From the NCBI GenBank assembly GCA_019115995.1, contig DXCL01000026.1, positions 159,522-223,521 on the forward strand: a DNA stretch of 64,000 nt, in the 5' to 3' direction. This document shows, piece after piece, positions 51,795 to 59,881 of this stretch. Below the pieces are notes generated by a model. That model was not told where the DNA came from. It was given only the letters and a program-made list of their open reading frames with translations, and did not search any database. Position 1 is the first letter of the stretch; every line of letters starts with the position of its first letter. The position numbers and the translations under genes are program-made. This DNA is from Candidatus Borkfalkia avistercoris (GTDB lineage Bacteria > Bacillota > Clostridia > Christensenellales > Borkfalkiaceae).

Positions 51795-53177
51795 ATGGAT
51801 AAGATAAAAATATTGCAGGAAAGGCGCGGCAAGGTTTTGGCTGCGGGAAGCGAAACGAGAAATATGATCGCTTCTCTGGTCGACGGCGAAAGCTTTGTCG
51901 AAGTCGCAGGGTTCAGCTTTTCCAAAAACGAGTTTTATGGAAGCGGTGCCGAAGGCGAGGGCGTGGTGGCAGGATTTGCCACGATAGACGGGTATCCCGT
52001 TTATGTTGTGGCGCAGAATGCCGCCGTATACGGCGGCGGCGTGAGCAGCGCGAATTGTGCGAAAATTCTGCGTTGCTTGCAACTTGCCGAAAAAAATTCC
52101 ACGCCCGTGATCTATCTTTTAAACAGTCTCGGCGTACAGATCGGCGAAGGGGTTACGGTTTTGGAGGGGCTCGCCTCTGTTTTGGCGAAGGCTTCCCGTC
52201 TGCATGGCGTCGTTCCGCAGTTTGCGGTCATTGCGGGAGACGTTTACGGGCAAAGCGCGCTCTTTGCGGCTGCAGCGGATTTTACCTTTTTCCTTAAAGA
52301 CGGGGTTTTGGCAGCGAACAGCCCGCTCGTGATCTCCGCAGGCAGCGGCAAGAATCTGCCCAAAGAAAAGGTCGGCGGCGCCGCGGCGCTTGGCAGAACG
52401 AATCTCGTTTCCTTTACGGAGGAAGATATAGCGGGAGTAAGGGCAAAAATTGCTAAAATTTTGGATATTCTTCCCTTTACGAATGCGGCAGTCGTGGAAA
52501 ACGGTGCAGATCTGAATGCGGCGTTTCCCGATCTGAATAAAAATTGCACGGCAGACGCATTGATCGAAGGCGTGTTCGACGCGGATTCTTATGTCGAATT
52601 CGGAAAAAGCGCTCCGGAAGTTCGCTGCGTGCTCGGGCGCATCGGCGGCATTTCGGCTGCGGCGATCGTTTTTGACAGTGAAAACGGCGTTGCGCTTGAC
52701 GACGTGAATGTAGCCAAGATCAATTCGTTTATCGAGTTCGCGGGGTATTACGACCTTCCCTTTATATCCTTTGCCGATACGCTCGGGTTGAAAACGGATC
52801 TTGCGGTGAATGACAGTTTGGCACTCAAAAACGTTTATAAACTGATGGAAAACTTTGAGCTTTTGGAAAACGCAAAGATCTCCGTGGTATACAAAAAAGC
52901 GGTGGGATTGGGCTATACGCTTTTTGCCGCAAAATCGATGGGGTATGATTATGTTTACGCTTTTGCAGATGCTAAGATCGCTCTCTTTGACGATGTGCAG
53001 GGGGCTGAGATCGAATTTGCGGGCGAAAAGGCGGATAAGAAAGCGCTTGCCGAAAGATATGCAAACGAAAATTCCGATCCGATCAATGCGGCAAAGAACG
53101 GGTATGTCGATAATATCATCGAGCCGCAGTTTGTAAGGCAATATCTTATCGCGTCGTTGCAGATGCTGTTGAAGTGA
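51795..53177 (+). CDS. Divergent acyl-CoA carboxyltransferase (MmdA/PccB/12S-like)
   Basis: GEGVVAGFATIDG.PVYVVAQ, LGRIGG, P.NAAKNGYVDNIIEP; active-site motifs degenerate. Confidence 0.85.
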   Translation: MDKIKILQERRGKVLAAGSETRNMIASLVDGESFVEVAGFSFSKNEFYGSGAEGEGVVAGFATIDGYPVYVVAQNAAVYGGGVSSANCAKILRCLQLAEKNSTPVIYLLNSLGVQIGEGVTVLEGLASVLAKASRLHGVVPQFAVIAGDVYGQSALFAAAADFTFFLKDGVLAANSPLVISAGSGKNLPKEKVGGAAALGRTNLVSFTEEDIAGVRAKIAKILDILPFTNAAVVENGADLNAAFPDLNKNCTADALIEGVFDADSYVEFGKSAPEVRCVLGRIGGISAAAIVFDSENGVALDDVNVAKINSFIEFAGYYDLPFISFADTLGLKTDLAVNDSLALKNVYKLMENFELLENAKISVVYKKAVGLGYTLFAAKSMGYDYVYAFADAKIALFDDVQGAEIEFAGEKADKKALAERYANENSDPINAAKNGYVDNIIEPQFVRQYLIASLQMLLK

Positions 53178-53187
53178 GGAAACGCTT

Positions 53188-53532
53188 ATGCTGAATATGC
53201 TTTTGGAAACGGTGACCATCATCGGCGGGGAATCCGTAACCGACCTCACCATAGCGGAAGGGCTTATTTACGCTTTGCTCGGCTTTATCGTTACGTTCGC
53301 AGGGATCGTAATTTTGATATTTTTGCTTTGGGCTATCAGCAAGATCATGGCGTTTGCGCGGGCAAAAATAGCGGCGGGATCTGGCAAAAAGGAAACGACT
53401 GTCTCGGAACCGGCTGCGGAAGGCGAAATACCAAGCGAGGTAAAGGCGGCGATCGTGGCAGCGATCGCGGCGTATTACGAGGGCGAAAGAAGTAATTGCG
53501 AATTTAAAGTAAAGAGAATCAAGAGATTATAA
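53188..53532 (+). CDS. Na+-translocating decarboxylase gamma/delta subunit (OadG/MmdD)
   Basis: Single TM helix, AAIVAAIAAY, F.VKRIKR C-terminus. Confidence 0.88.
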   Translation: MLNMLLETVTIIGGESVTDLTIAEGLIYALLGFIVTFAGIVILIFLLWAISKIMAFARAKIAAGSGKKETTVSEPAAEGEIPSEVKAAIVAAIAAYYEGERSNCEFKVKRIKRL

Positions 53533-53544
53533 GGAGAAACAAAA

Positions 53545-53904
53545 ATGCGTAAATTTATAGTTACCATCGAAGGGAAAAGTTATGAAGTCGGCGTCGAAGA
53601 GGTCGGCGCGGAGGCTTCCGTAAAAACGATTGCGGCGGCTGCGCCGCAACCCGTTGCGCAGCAGGCGCCCGCTGCGGTTTCCGCTCCCGTCAGCGGAGAA
53701 AAAGTTTTGTCTCCGTTTCCGGGGCTTATTAAAAAGTTCCTCGTAAATGAAGGCGAAGCGGTCAAAAAAGATCAGCCCGTGCTCATTTTGGAGGCAATGA
53801 AGATGGATAACGACATTACGGCCCCCTGCGACGGTAAGATCTCTTTTAAAACGGAAGTCGGCAAGAACGTCGAAACGAATGCATTGCTCGCCGTGATCGG
53901 CTGA
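53545..53904 (+). CDS. Biotin carboxyl carrier protein (MmdC/1.3S-like)
   Basis: GKSYEV.VEE, Ala/Pro linker, LEAMKM biotinylation motif. Confidence 0.95.
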   Translation: MRKFIVTIEGKSYEVGVEEVGAEASVKTIAAAAPQPVAQQAPAAVSAPVSGEKVLSPFPGLIKKFLVNEGEAVKKDQPVLILEAMKMDNDITAPCDGKISFKTEVGKNVETNALLAVIG

Positions 53905-53917
53905 ATAGGAGACCTTC

Positions 53918-55408
53918 ATGCTGGATAATTTACTCATGGATATAGGCGAGAAGTTTCTCAATCTCTGGGAATCTTCGGGGCTTGCGAAAGGGGATTGGCA
54001 GAATTATGTGATGATCCTCGTTTCGTTCGTCCTGATGTACCTGGCGATCGTAAAAAAATTCGAGCCTTTACTTCTCTTGCCGATCGCATTCGGTATGTTT
54101 ATCATCAACATTCCGGGCGCGCAAGACGTTGTTTGGGGCAAATACGAAACGCCCGATCTGAATCTGTCGTTAGGCAAAAACGGCGACGGAACGTTGGAAT
54201 ATATCGGCTCTTACGTGCACAACGTTACGGGCGAGATCATTTATCTGAAAGATCTGGGCGAGGGGTTTGTGAACGGGTATTTGAAGGACGGGCAGGTTTA
54301 TTTTTTTGAATCGCTTGCCGCCGTTACCGCAAATACGCCCGTTAAAATGTCTCCCGATGCGTTTGCGCTCTATACCGTACAGGGCTATATCGAGGGAACG
54401 GTCGCAAACGGGACAACTACGTTTGCGGAAAATGCTTCGCTTATCATCAGTCACGCCTATGAAGACGTAACGAACCGCGGCTTATTGTGGTACCTGTATT
54501 TCGGGGTAGAAAACGTGATTTATCCGCCGCTCATCTTTATGGGGATCGGCGCTATGACCGACTTTGGCCCGCTGATCGCGAATCCGAAGAGCATGCTCAT
54601 CGGCGCGGCGGCACAGCTCGGCGTTTTTCTGACGTTTGTAGGGGCAATCATTCTCGGATTTGATGCCGCAGCAGCGGCTTCCATCGGTATCATCGGCGGT
54701 GCCGACGGCCCCACGGCGATTTATCTGACGCAGGCGCTTTCGACGTTTACCGACGAGGATCTGCTGTCCGTCATTGCGATCGCTGCGTATTCTTACATGG
54801 CGCTCATTCCGATCATACAAAAGCCGATCATGAAGCTTTGTACGACCAAAAAGGAACGGGCGATCAAGATGAAGCAGCTTCGCGAGGTCACGAAGGTCGA
54901 AAAGGTACTGTTCCCGCTCATCGTTACGCTCATTGTGGGGCTTTTATTGCCCGATGCGATCCCGCTGCTCGGTATGCTCATGCTCGGCAACCTGATGCGC
55001 GAAAGCGGCGTTGTGGAAAGGCTTTCTTCCCAGGCGCAGAACGGCTTGATGAACACTATCACGATCTTCCTCGGGGTTTCGGTCGGCTGCAAGGCTGTCG
55101 GTACGACGTTCCTGCAAGTTCAGACGCTTTCCATTATCGTACTCGGCCTGTGTGCGTTCTGCTTCGGTACGGTCGGCGGTTTGCTCATGGCAAAGCTGAT
55201 GTGCAAGCTTTCAGGCGGCAAGATCAATCCTCTGATCGGTTCGGCGGGCGTTTCCGCGGTGCCTATGGCGGCGAGGATCTCCGAAGACGTAGGGCGAGAG
55301 ACCGATCCGAGCAATCACTTGCTGATGCACGCGATGGGCCCGAACGTTGCGGGCGTGATCGGGTCTGCGGTCGCGGCGGGCTTCCTGCTCGCGTTCTTCG
55401 GCGGCTGA
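53918..55408 (+). CDS. oadB: Na+-translocating decarboxylase beta subunit with a large loop insertion
   Basis: FEPLLLLPIAFG, GIGAMTDFGPL, IGIIGGADGPTAI, AAYSYMAL, GSAGVSAVPMAAR, HAMGPNVAGVIGS. Confidence 0.95.
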   Translation: MLDNLLMDIGEKFLNLWESSGLAKGDWQNYVMILVSFVLMYLAIVKKFEPLLLLPIAFGMFIINIPGAQDVVWGKYETPDLNLSLGKNGDGTLEYIGSYVHNVTGEIIYLKDLGEGFVNGYLKDGQVYFFESLAAVTANTPVKMSPDAFALYTVQGYIEGTVANGTTTFAENASLIISHAYEDVTNRGLLWYLYFGVENVIYPPLIFMGIGAMTDFGPLIANPKSMLIGAAAQLGVFLTFVGAIILGFDAAAAASIGIIGGADGPTAIYLTQALSTFTDEDLLSVIAIAAYSYMALIPIIQKPIMKLCTTKKERAIKMKQLREVTKVEKVLFPLIVTLIVGLLLPDAIPLLGMLMLGNLMRESGVVERLSSQAQNGLMNTITIFLGVSVGCKAVGTTFLQVQTLSIIVLGLCAFCFGTVGGLLMAKLMCKLSGGKINPLIGSAGVSAVPMAARISEDVGRETDPSNHLLMHAMGPNVAGVIGSAVAAGFLLAFFGG

Positions 55409-55494
55409 TAAAGTTTCGCTTTCTGTCGCGTATTCCGTCTTGACGGCGGAATGCGCGGTGTGCTTTTATATAAAAATTTATGGAGTGAACGGAA

Positions 55495-56913
55495 ATGGCA
55501 GAAAAGAGCGTTAAAAAAGTTCTTATTACAGATACGATCTTGCGTGACGCGCATCAATCGCAGGCTGCTACGCGCATGACGATCGAAGACATGATCCCCG
55601 TTTTGGAGCAGCTCGACGAGATCGGTTATTATTCCTTGGAGGCGTGGGGCGGCGCTACCTTTGACACTTGTCTTCGCTATCTGAACGAAGACCCGTGGGA
55701 AAGGCTCCGCACGCTCAGAAAATATTTGAAGAAAACGCCTATCCAGATGCTTTTGCGCGGGCAGAATCTTTTGGGATACAGACATTATTCCGACGACGTG
55801 GTTGAAAAATTTGTGGCAAAATCCATAGAAAACGGGGTCAAAGTGGTGCGCGTTTTCGACGCGCTCAACGATCCTCGCAACCTTGAAACGTCGATGAAGG
55901 CGATCAAAAAATACGGCGGTGTCTGTGAGGCGGCGATCAGCTATACAACGAGCCCCGTGCATACGACCGATTATTTCGTGCAGCTTGCGAAGCAGCTGGA
56001 AAGCATGGGAGCAGACAATATCTGTATCAAAGATATGGCAAACCTGCTTTTGCCGTATACGGCGTACGATCTCGTTTCCAAGCTGAAAAAGGGATTGAAG
56101 TCGACGACAAAGGTTCACCTGCATACGCATAATACGGCAGGAACGGGCGATATGGTCAATTTGAAGGCGATCGAAGCGGGTTGCGATATTGTGGATACGG
56201 CTCTTTCTCCTCTCGGAAACGGTACCAGTCAGCCCGCTACGGAGCCGCTCGTCGCTACTCTTAAAGGAACGCCTTATGATACGGGAATAGACATTGAAAA
56301 GCTTTTGCCGATCGTCAATCATTTCAAGGGGGTGGCGGAGCGTTTGAAGGCGGAAGGGTATCTTTCTCCCAAGGTGCTTTCCATCGATATCAACGCGCTC
56401 ATTTATCAGGTTCCGGGCGGCATGCTGTCGAATCTCATTTCACAGCTGAAACAGCAGAATAAATCGGATAAACTCGGCGAAGTGCTTGCGGAAGTTCCGA
56501 ATGTAAGAAAAGACTGCGGATATCCTCCGTTGGTTACGCCTTCCAGTCAGATCGTAGGAACGCAGGCCGTTCTGAACGTGATCAGCGGAGAGCGCTATAA
56601 AATGGTTACGAAGGAGTTTAAAGGACTCTTGCGCGGCGAATACGGAAAATTGCCCGCAGAACCGGATCAAGAAGTCGTGAAAAAATGCATCGGCGACGAA
56701 AAGCGGATCACGTATAGGCCGGCAGACGATCTTAAACCGGAATACGATCAGTTTAAGGCTGAAATCTCCGAATATATCGAGCAGGAGGAGGACGTTCTTT
56801 CTTATGCCGTGTTCGGGCAGGTCGCTCTCAACTTCTTCAAATGGCGCAAGGCGAAATCGATCGGCGTAGACAAAAATATGGCAGACAGTGCCGACAGGGT
56901 TTATCCCGTCTGA
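55495..56913 (+). CDS. oadA: Oxaloacetate decarboxylase alpha / pyruvate carboxyltransferase (5S-like, no biotin domain)
   Basis: LRDAHQS, WGGATFD, QMLLRGQN, CIKDMA, HLHTH, QVPGGM.SNL, GYPPLVTPSSQIVG. Confidence 0.95.
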   Translation: MAEKSVKKVLITDTILRDAHQSQAATRMTIEDMIPVLEQLDEIGYYSLEAWGGATFDTCLRYLNEDPWERLRTLRKYLKKTPIQMLLRGQNLLGYRHYSDDVVEKFVAKSIENGVKVVRVFDALNDPRNLETSMKAIKKYGGVCEAAISYTTSPVHTTDYFVQLAKQLESMGADNICIKDMANLLLPYTAYDLVSKLKKGLKSTTKVHLHTHNTAGTGDMVNLKAIEAGCDIVDTALSPLGNGTSQPATEPLVATLKGTPYDTGIDIEKLLPIVNHFKGVAERLKAEGYLSPKVLSIDINALIYQVPGGMLSNLISQLKQQNKSDKLGEVLAEVPNVRKDCGYPPLVTPSSQIVGTQAVLNVISGERYKMVTKEFKGLLRGEYGKLPAEPDQEVVKKCIGDEKRITYRPADDLKPEYDQFKAEISEYIEQEEDVLSYAVFGQVALNFFKWRKAKSIGVDKNMADSADRVYPV

Positions 56914-56933
56914 TTTCACATAGGCAATATGCG

Positions 56934-56968
56934 GCGAAAGCGCTTGAACGAGCGCTTTCGCTGTTTCT
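56934..56968 (+). terminator. Probable terminator after oadA
   Basis: gcgaaagcgct-tgaacg-agcgctttcgc followed by tgtttct. Confidence 0.7.
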
Positions 56969-56991
56969 AATATCGGATATTGGCATTCGGC

Positions 56992-58215
56992 ATGAAAAAG
57001 GTCATCGTGATAGGAGCGGGCGCATCGGGGCTTATGGCGGCATATAGCGCTGCTGTGAACGGAAACGATGTGCTCGTGATCGAAAAGAATGAAAAAGCAG
57101 GCAAAAAGATCTATATAACGGGTAAAGGGCGGTGCAATATCACCAACGACATTTCTCCCGAGGATTTTTTGCCGAACGTGGTCAGTAACCGCAAATTTCT
57201 GACGGGTGCGATTTATCGCTTTTCTCCCGAGCGACTTATGCGTTTTTTGGAGGAGGGCGGCCTGCACCTGAAAACTGAAAGGGGCGGCCGCGTATTTCCG
57301 CTGTCAGACAAGGCGAGCGATGTGACCGCATGTTTGCTGCGTTATTGCCAAAATGCGGGAGTTGACTTTCATTTTAATGAGAGAGCTGAAAAAATTGAGT
57401 TTAACGATAGTACTGCGTCTGGCATAATTACGGATAAATCACGCTATTCGGCAGACGCGGTCATTGTTTGTACGGGCGGCGTTTCTTATCCCGCTACGGG
57501 AAGCACGGGCGACGGTATCCGCTTTGCAAAAGAAGCGGGGCTGAAAACGGTTACTTTGAGGCCTGCGCTTTGCGGGATCGCATGCCGTATGTCCGGGTTG
57601 GAGGATTTGCAAGGGCTTTCGTTGAAAAACGTCAGAGTGAGCGCCTATGAGGAGCAAAAATGCGTTTCTTCTTTTTTCGGAGAAATGCTCTTCACGCATT
57701 TCGGCGTATCAGGCCCCGCGATTTTGTCTATGTCCAGCGAGATCAATCGGCGTGACATAAAAAAGATCCGCTTGCAGATCGATTTGAAACCTGCATTGGA
57801 ACCGTCTGTGTTGGATAAGCGCGTTCTTCGCGATTTTGAAAAGTATGCAAATAAGCAGATGCGCAATGCGCTCGTCGATCTTTTGCCTAAAAAGCTGATC
57901 ATACCCGTTTTGCGGCAGTGCGGCTGCGATGCGGAGCTCCCCGTTCATTCTCTTACGAAGGAGAAACGAGAGGCGCTCGTTCAGACGCTCAAAGGCTTTA
58001 CGCTGCAAGTCGTTTCGCTCAGACCCATCGAGGAGGGGATCGTAACGGCGGGTGGGGTCGACGTTGCCGAAATCGACCCCAAAACGATGCGGAGTAAAAG
58101 GCATGAGGGACTGTATTTTTGCGGCGAAACGTTAGACGTAGACGCGTATACGGGCGGTTTTAATTTGCAGATCGCGTTTTCAACGGGTTATGCCGCCGGA
58201 AATTCCATTCGATAA
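56992..58215 (+). CDS. HI0933/YhiN/BaiN family flavoprotein
   Basis: IGAGASGLMAA, GKKI.ITGKGRCNITN, GRVFP, TGG.SYP.TGSTGDG, LFTHFGVSGP, YTGGFNLQ. Confidence 0.93.
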   Translation: MKKVIVIGAGASGLMAAYSAAVNGNDVLVIEKNEKAGKKIYITGKGRCNITNDISPEDFLPNVVSNRKFLTGAIYRFSPERLMRFLEEGGLHLKTERGGRVFPLSDKASDVTACLLRYCQNAGVDFHFNERAEKIEFNDSTASGIITDKSRYSADAVIVCTGGVSYPATGSTGDGIRFAKEAGLKTVTLRPALCGIACRMSGLEDLQGLSLKNVRVSAYEEQKCVSSFFGEMLFTHFGVSGPAILSMSSEINRRDIKKIRLQIDLKPALEPSVLDKRVLRDFEKYANKQMRNALVDLLPKKLIIPVLRQCGCDAELPVHSLTKEKREALVQTLKGFTLQVVSLRPIEEGIVTAGGVDVAEIDPKTMRSKRHEGLYFCGETLDVDAYTGGFNLQIAFSTGYAAGNSIR

Positions 58216-58233
58216 ATTTATAGGAGAGATGTT

Positions 58234-59235
58234 ATGAGAGCGATCAGAGGAGCGACTACGATCGGGAGCGATTGTGCGGAAGAGATCCGCGCCGCCGTCG
58301 CGGAATTGCTCAACGAGATCAAGGCGCGCAATGCGCTATCTGTTGCAGATATATTGTGTATTTTATTGTCAAATACGTCAGACATAGTATCCTTTTATCC
58401 GGCAAAAGCCGCGAGAGAGGCTGGATTTTCTTCCTGTGCGCTCTACTCGTCTGCCGAACCCGAAATTGCGGGCGCTTTGCCGCTCTGTATCCGCGTATTG
58501 GTTTTTGCGGAGGGAGACGGCGCGCCGAAGCACGTGTATTTGCGCGGCGCGGCAAATCTCAGGAAGGATTTGAAAAAATATTCCGTCGCGCTCGACGGCC
58601 CGTCCGGAAGCGGCAAGTCTACCGTGGCAAAGCTTTTGGCGAAAGACTTGCATATACTTTATTTGGATACGGGCGCAATGTACCGCGCGTGCGCGCTGAA
58701 AGCGATCGAAACGGAATGTCCGTTCGACGAACCGTCCGTCCGTGCGCTTGCGGAAAAGATCGACCTGAAAATCGTTTATGAGGGGGGCGCGCAACGCACA
58801 TGGCTTGACGGAAAAGATGTTTCCGAGGATATCCGCCGCCCTGAGGTATCCATGGCGGCTTCAAAAATTTCGGCGTTTTCCTGTATCAGGGAAAAGATGG
58901 TCGAAATGCAGAGGCAAATCGCGGCGGAACAGTCTTGCGTGCTGGACGGGCGCGACATCGGCACTGCGGTGTTGCCCGACGCCGAATTCAAATTTTTTGT
59001 TACGGCGGATTCCGCCACGCGCGCGCAGAGGCGCGGGAAAGAGTTGGCGGAAAAAGGATACGACGTGGATCTGAAAAAATTGCAGGAAGAAATTGAAGAG
59101 CGCGACCGCAACGATTCCACGAGGGCGCATTCGCCTTTGAAGCGCGCGGAAGACGCCGTGCTCGTCGATACTTCCCGCATGACGATCGAAGAAGTCGTTG
59201 CCTATATCAAAAATAAAATACAGGAAAAAGTGTGA
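58234..59235 (+). CDS. cmk: AroH-type chorismate mutase fused to cytidylate kinase
   Basis: aa 1-113: IRGATT, PAKAAR, CIRV, HVYL.GA..LR.DL; then DGPSGSGKST, YLDTGAMYR, DGRDIGT, RDRNDSTR..SPL. Confidence 0.93.
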   Translation: MRAIRGATTIGSDCAEEIRAAVAELLNEIKARNALSVADILCILLSNTSDIVSFYPAKAAREAGFSSCALYSSAEPEIAGALPLCIRVLVFAEGDGAPKHVYLRGAANLRKDLKKYSVALDGPSGSGKSTVAKLLAKDLHILYLDTGAMYRACALKAIETECPFDEPSVRALAEKIDLKIVYEGGAQRTWLDGKDVSEDIRRPEVSMAASKISAFSCIREKMVEMQRQIAAEQSCVLDGRDIGTAVLPDAEFKFFVTADSATRAQRRGKELAEKGYDVDLKKLQEEIEERDRNDSTRAHSPLKRAEDAVLVDTSRMTIEEVVAYIKNKIQEKV

Positions 59236-59241
59236 GAAGAT

Positions 59242-59880
59242 ATGTATAAATTTTTGAAAGCTTTGCTCAATTTCGTCACGCAGATCATTCACCCGTACAA
59301 ACTTATCGGAAAAGGCAAAGTCAAAGACGGAGCCTGCGTGCTTGTCGGGAATCATTACCGCCTGTGGGACATCGTGCATATGGCGTGCACCACCAAAGAG
59401 CGAGTGCATTTTATAACGAAGAAGGAACTCTACAAGAATAAGCTTTTGGCGTATCTTTGCAATAAAGTAGAAGCGATCCCCGTTTCCCGCGACGGGCAGG
59501 ACGCCAAGGCGATCATGACGGCGCTGCGCTATCTGAAAAAGGGCGAAAAAATTTCGATGTTTCCGGAAGGCACGCGCAACCGTACGGATCAGGAGCTTTT
59601 GCCGCTCAAAGGCGGCGCTGCCCTGTTTGCGATCAAAGCAAAGGTACCCGTCTATCCCATCATGACCATCGGAAAGACAAAGTATTTCCGCCGTACGCCC
59701 ATCATTATCGGGGATCCGATCGACCTTTCGGAGTTTTACGAAATGAAGATGTCGGCGGAAGATTACGCGCGGGCGGAGGAAATTGTGCGCGAAAAGATGT
59801 TGGCGACCATGCACGGATATATGCGCGCGAAGGAAGAAGAAAAGGCCGCGAAAAAATCAAAGAGGAAAAAGGCGAAGTGA
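59242..59880 (+). CDS. plsC: 1-acyl-sn-glycerol-3-phosphate acyltransferase
   Basis: NHYRLWD (HxxxxD motif), FPEGTRN. Confidence 0.92.
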   Translation: MYKFLKALLNFVTQIIHPYKLIGKGKVKDGACVLVGNHYRLWDIVHMACTTKERVHFITKKELYKNKLLAYLCNKVEAIPVSRDGQDAKAIMTALRYLKKGEKISMFPEGTRNRTDQELLPLKGGAALFAIKAKVPVYPIMTIGKTKYFRRTPIIIGDPIDLSEFYEMKMSAEDYARAEEIVREKMLATMHGYMRAKEEEKAAKKSKRKKAK

Positions 59881-59881
59881 G

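Noticed and set aside
59783-59881. N-terminal extensions in the ORF track (also rimO, thiI, thioesterase, flaR, tlyA, spoIIIAG)
   Set aside because: They overlap upstream genes or promoters; downstream ATGs match the family N-termini
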